From positions 33,936 to 97,935 of IMG/VR virus record IMGVR_UViG_3300020214_000005: a stretch of 64,000 bases of DNA; one strand, 5' to 3'. The notes under the pieces were generated by a model that was not told where the DNA came from, searched no databases, and was given only the letters and a program-made list of their open reading frames with translations. The position numbers and the translations under genes are program-made. Shown here piece by piece: positions 62,686 through 64,000 of the stretch. This DNA comes from a virus. The first letter of the stretch is position 1, and the number at the start of each line of letters is the position of its first letter.

Positions 62686-64000
62686 GCGTCCCCCCCGAAG
62701 AGTATCTTGCTTTCCCCGCCGTACGGCCAGTACTCCCTCGGCACGAGGAAATCGTGGACGGTCATCAGTTGCATCACGGGGACGTACTGGGTCAGGGAAA
62801 CGTTGAACCGCCGCGAAGAATTCCTGAACTGGTTCCGTATGAGTTCCTCGATCCTCAGCTCGTCGGCCGTCGACACCCCCACGAATTCGGGGAAGACCTG
62901 GCCCAGCAACCTTGCCCTGGCGTCGGGCGAGGCGAGCATCTCCTGCAACCTGTCATAGATCGCCCTCGCGACCGACTCGAACAGCTCGCTGCTGTAATTG
63001 TCGAGCGTGGACGACTTGTTCTTCGTGTCCGCGCCCAGCCCCTCCAGCAGGATCTTCGACGCGAACATGCCGAGCTGGTAGTCTTGGTTGAACGCCCACT
63101 GCAAGTGCCCGTGGTAGGAGTCGATCAGATCGGCCGGACCCCTGAACGCTACGTACTCCCCGTGCCTGGTGAAACCCTGGCCCAGGTAGTGGTGGAAGAA
63201 CTCGTGCAGGCCGAAATCCTCCTCCTCGCGGAGGCCCTCGGATTCGTCGTCGTACTTGCGCCCCCGGCTTATCGGCGAGTACCTCGAGGAGAACGCCTTC
63301 ACGCCCAGCCTCGCCGCGTGACCCAGCACGCTCCCCGGTTGCACCGTGGCGACTTTGAACCTTGATGCTTTCGTCCAGTGTTCGTTGACAACGAAAGCCA
63401 CCTCTGCGTCCGTCAGGCCAGCCTCCCTCATCAAGTCGTAGGCGGTTTGCGCCCACTTCTTCGTCAGCTCGCCGTGTCGCCTGGCGTGGTCCAACACTAT
63501 TTCCGCCTGCTTCCTGACCATGGGGGCGAACCTTCTGGAGATGTCGTCGTCTTCCCTGATTATGATGCTCTCGAAGTGCGAGGTGTTCCCCCAGGACCTG
63601 TCCTGGTAGATCACGCCAGGTATCTTCTCCTCGGCGGGGGAGAAGGCCAGCCCCGATCTGACCTGCTCCGGCAACGCGTCGATCACGGCCTTGAGGAAGT
63701 TGGAATCGCCCTCGAAGTAGCTGAACGGGTCGAGGTGCAAGGGGATGCCGATCTGCGAGGTGTCCCACAGTTTCTGGGGCAATTTTGGGCCCCCGAGTAT
63801 GACATTATGTGGGGCGAGTGACGCGGATCTGAACAGGATTGCCTCGTTTACCTGGTCCGCGTTGAGGACGGAGTCGGAAAGGTACTCGGCCCTCGCCCTG
63901 ATCAGGGCGTTGACCGCGTAGGCAGTCAGCAACTCGTCGGCCGTCGGGAATGTGCCGGATATTGCGTCGGCGACGGCCTTCGGGCCGATCAGCTCGTCGG
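62682..64000 (-). CDS. C-terminal part of another large protein with HExxH (HEFFH); open to the window edge
   Basis: Frame remains open to 64000; GLHEFFHHYLG.GFTRHGE. Confidence 0.7.
   Translation of the reverse strand, partial: DELIGPKAVADAISGTFPTADELLTAYAVNALIRARAEYLSDSVLNADQVNEAILFRSASLAPHNVILGGPKLPQKLWDTSQIGIPLHLDPFSYFEGDSNFLKAVIDALPEQVRSGLAFSPAEEKIPGVIYQDRSWGNTSHFESIIIREDDDISRRFAPMVRKQAEIVLDHARRHGELTKKWAQTAYDLMREAGLTDAEVAFVVNEHWTKASRFKVATVQPGSVLGHAARLGVKAFSSRYSPISRGRKYDDESEGLREEEDFGLHEFFHHYLGQGFTRHGEYVAFRGPADLIDSYHGHLQWAFNQDYQLGMFASKILLEGLGADTKNKSSTLDNYSSELFESVARAIYDRLQEMLASPDARARLLGQVFPEFVGVSTADELRIEELIRNQFRNSSRRFNVSLTQYVPVMQLMTVHDFLVPREYWPYGGESKILFGGDA

Noticed and set aside
1-64000. 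Bacterial chromosome or integrated prophage, because of ssrA, tRNAs, map, trxA and ssb
   Set aside because: These genes sit among phage-type genes with no host operons, integrase or att duplication visible in the window.
1-64000. Stop-codon reassignment
   Set aside because: ORFs up to 15 kb are open in the standard code, and TAG, TGA and TAA all end recognisable genes at expected positions.

Overview
The window is part of a large, GC-rich tailed-phage genome. An actinobacterial host is inferred from two WhiB genes, actinobacterial-type SSB and MetAP, leaderless TANNNT promoters and a short-arm tRNA-Leu(UAA). It has three zones. (1) 1-10.3 kb is an accessory arm of short genes with TTGCAA-N17-TAGCGT promoters, TGTGA-N6-TCACA (CRP/GlxR-type) boxes and a strand-polarised family of intergenic repeats. 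It ends in a replication-initiator/helicase-loader-like pair and a T-tract iteron-like locus. (2) 10.3-22.3 kb holds regulatory, replication and translation-support genes: 2x WhiB, a proteasome-beta/HslV-like protease, a metallophosphoesterase, thioredoxin, a SNF2 helicase, tRNA-Arg(CCU), tmRNA, MetAP, SSB, a two-frame C5 DNA methyltransferase and a thermonuclease. (3) 22.3-64 kb is a minus-strand head module with an HK97-fold major capsid gene and a train of giant ORFs (4972, 1869, ~700, 918, 2845 aa plus one truncated). The best candidate for a new system is in zone 3. The giant proteins are divided into discrete effector modules (Clp-N, NUDIX, zeta-like kinase, GNAT, HTH, zincins, HipA-like kinase) by a recurring E-A-G-M linker, which at DNA level is also GAGG-N5-ATG. 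Several of them share a near-N-terminal DxDxD...EG.P.IN.GRGI.DPTP tag, and most are followed by a small, translationally coupled gene. This suggests capsid-loaded polyproteins that are processed into, or internally initiated as, separate effectors. All domain calls are from motif recognition by eye; no searches were run.
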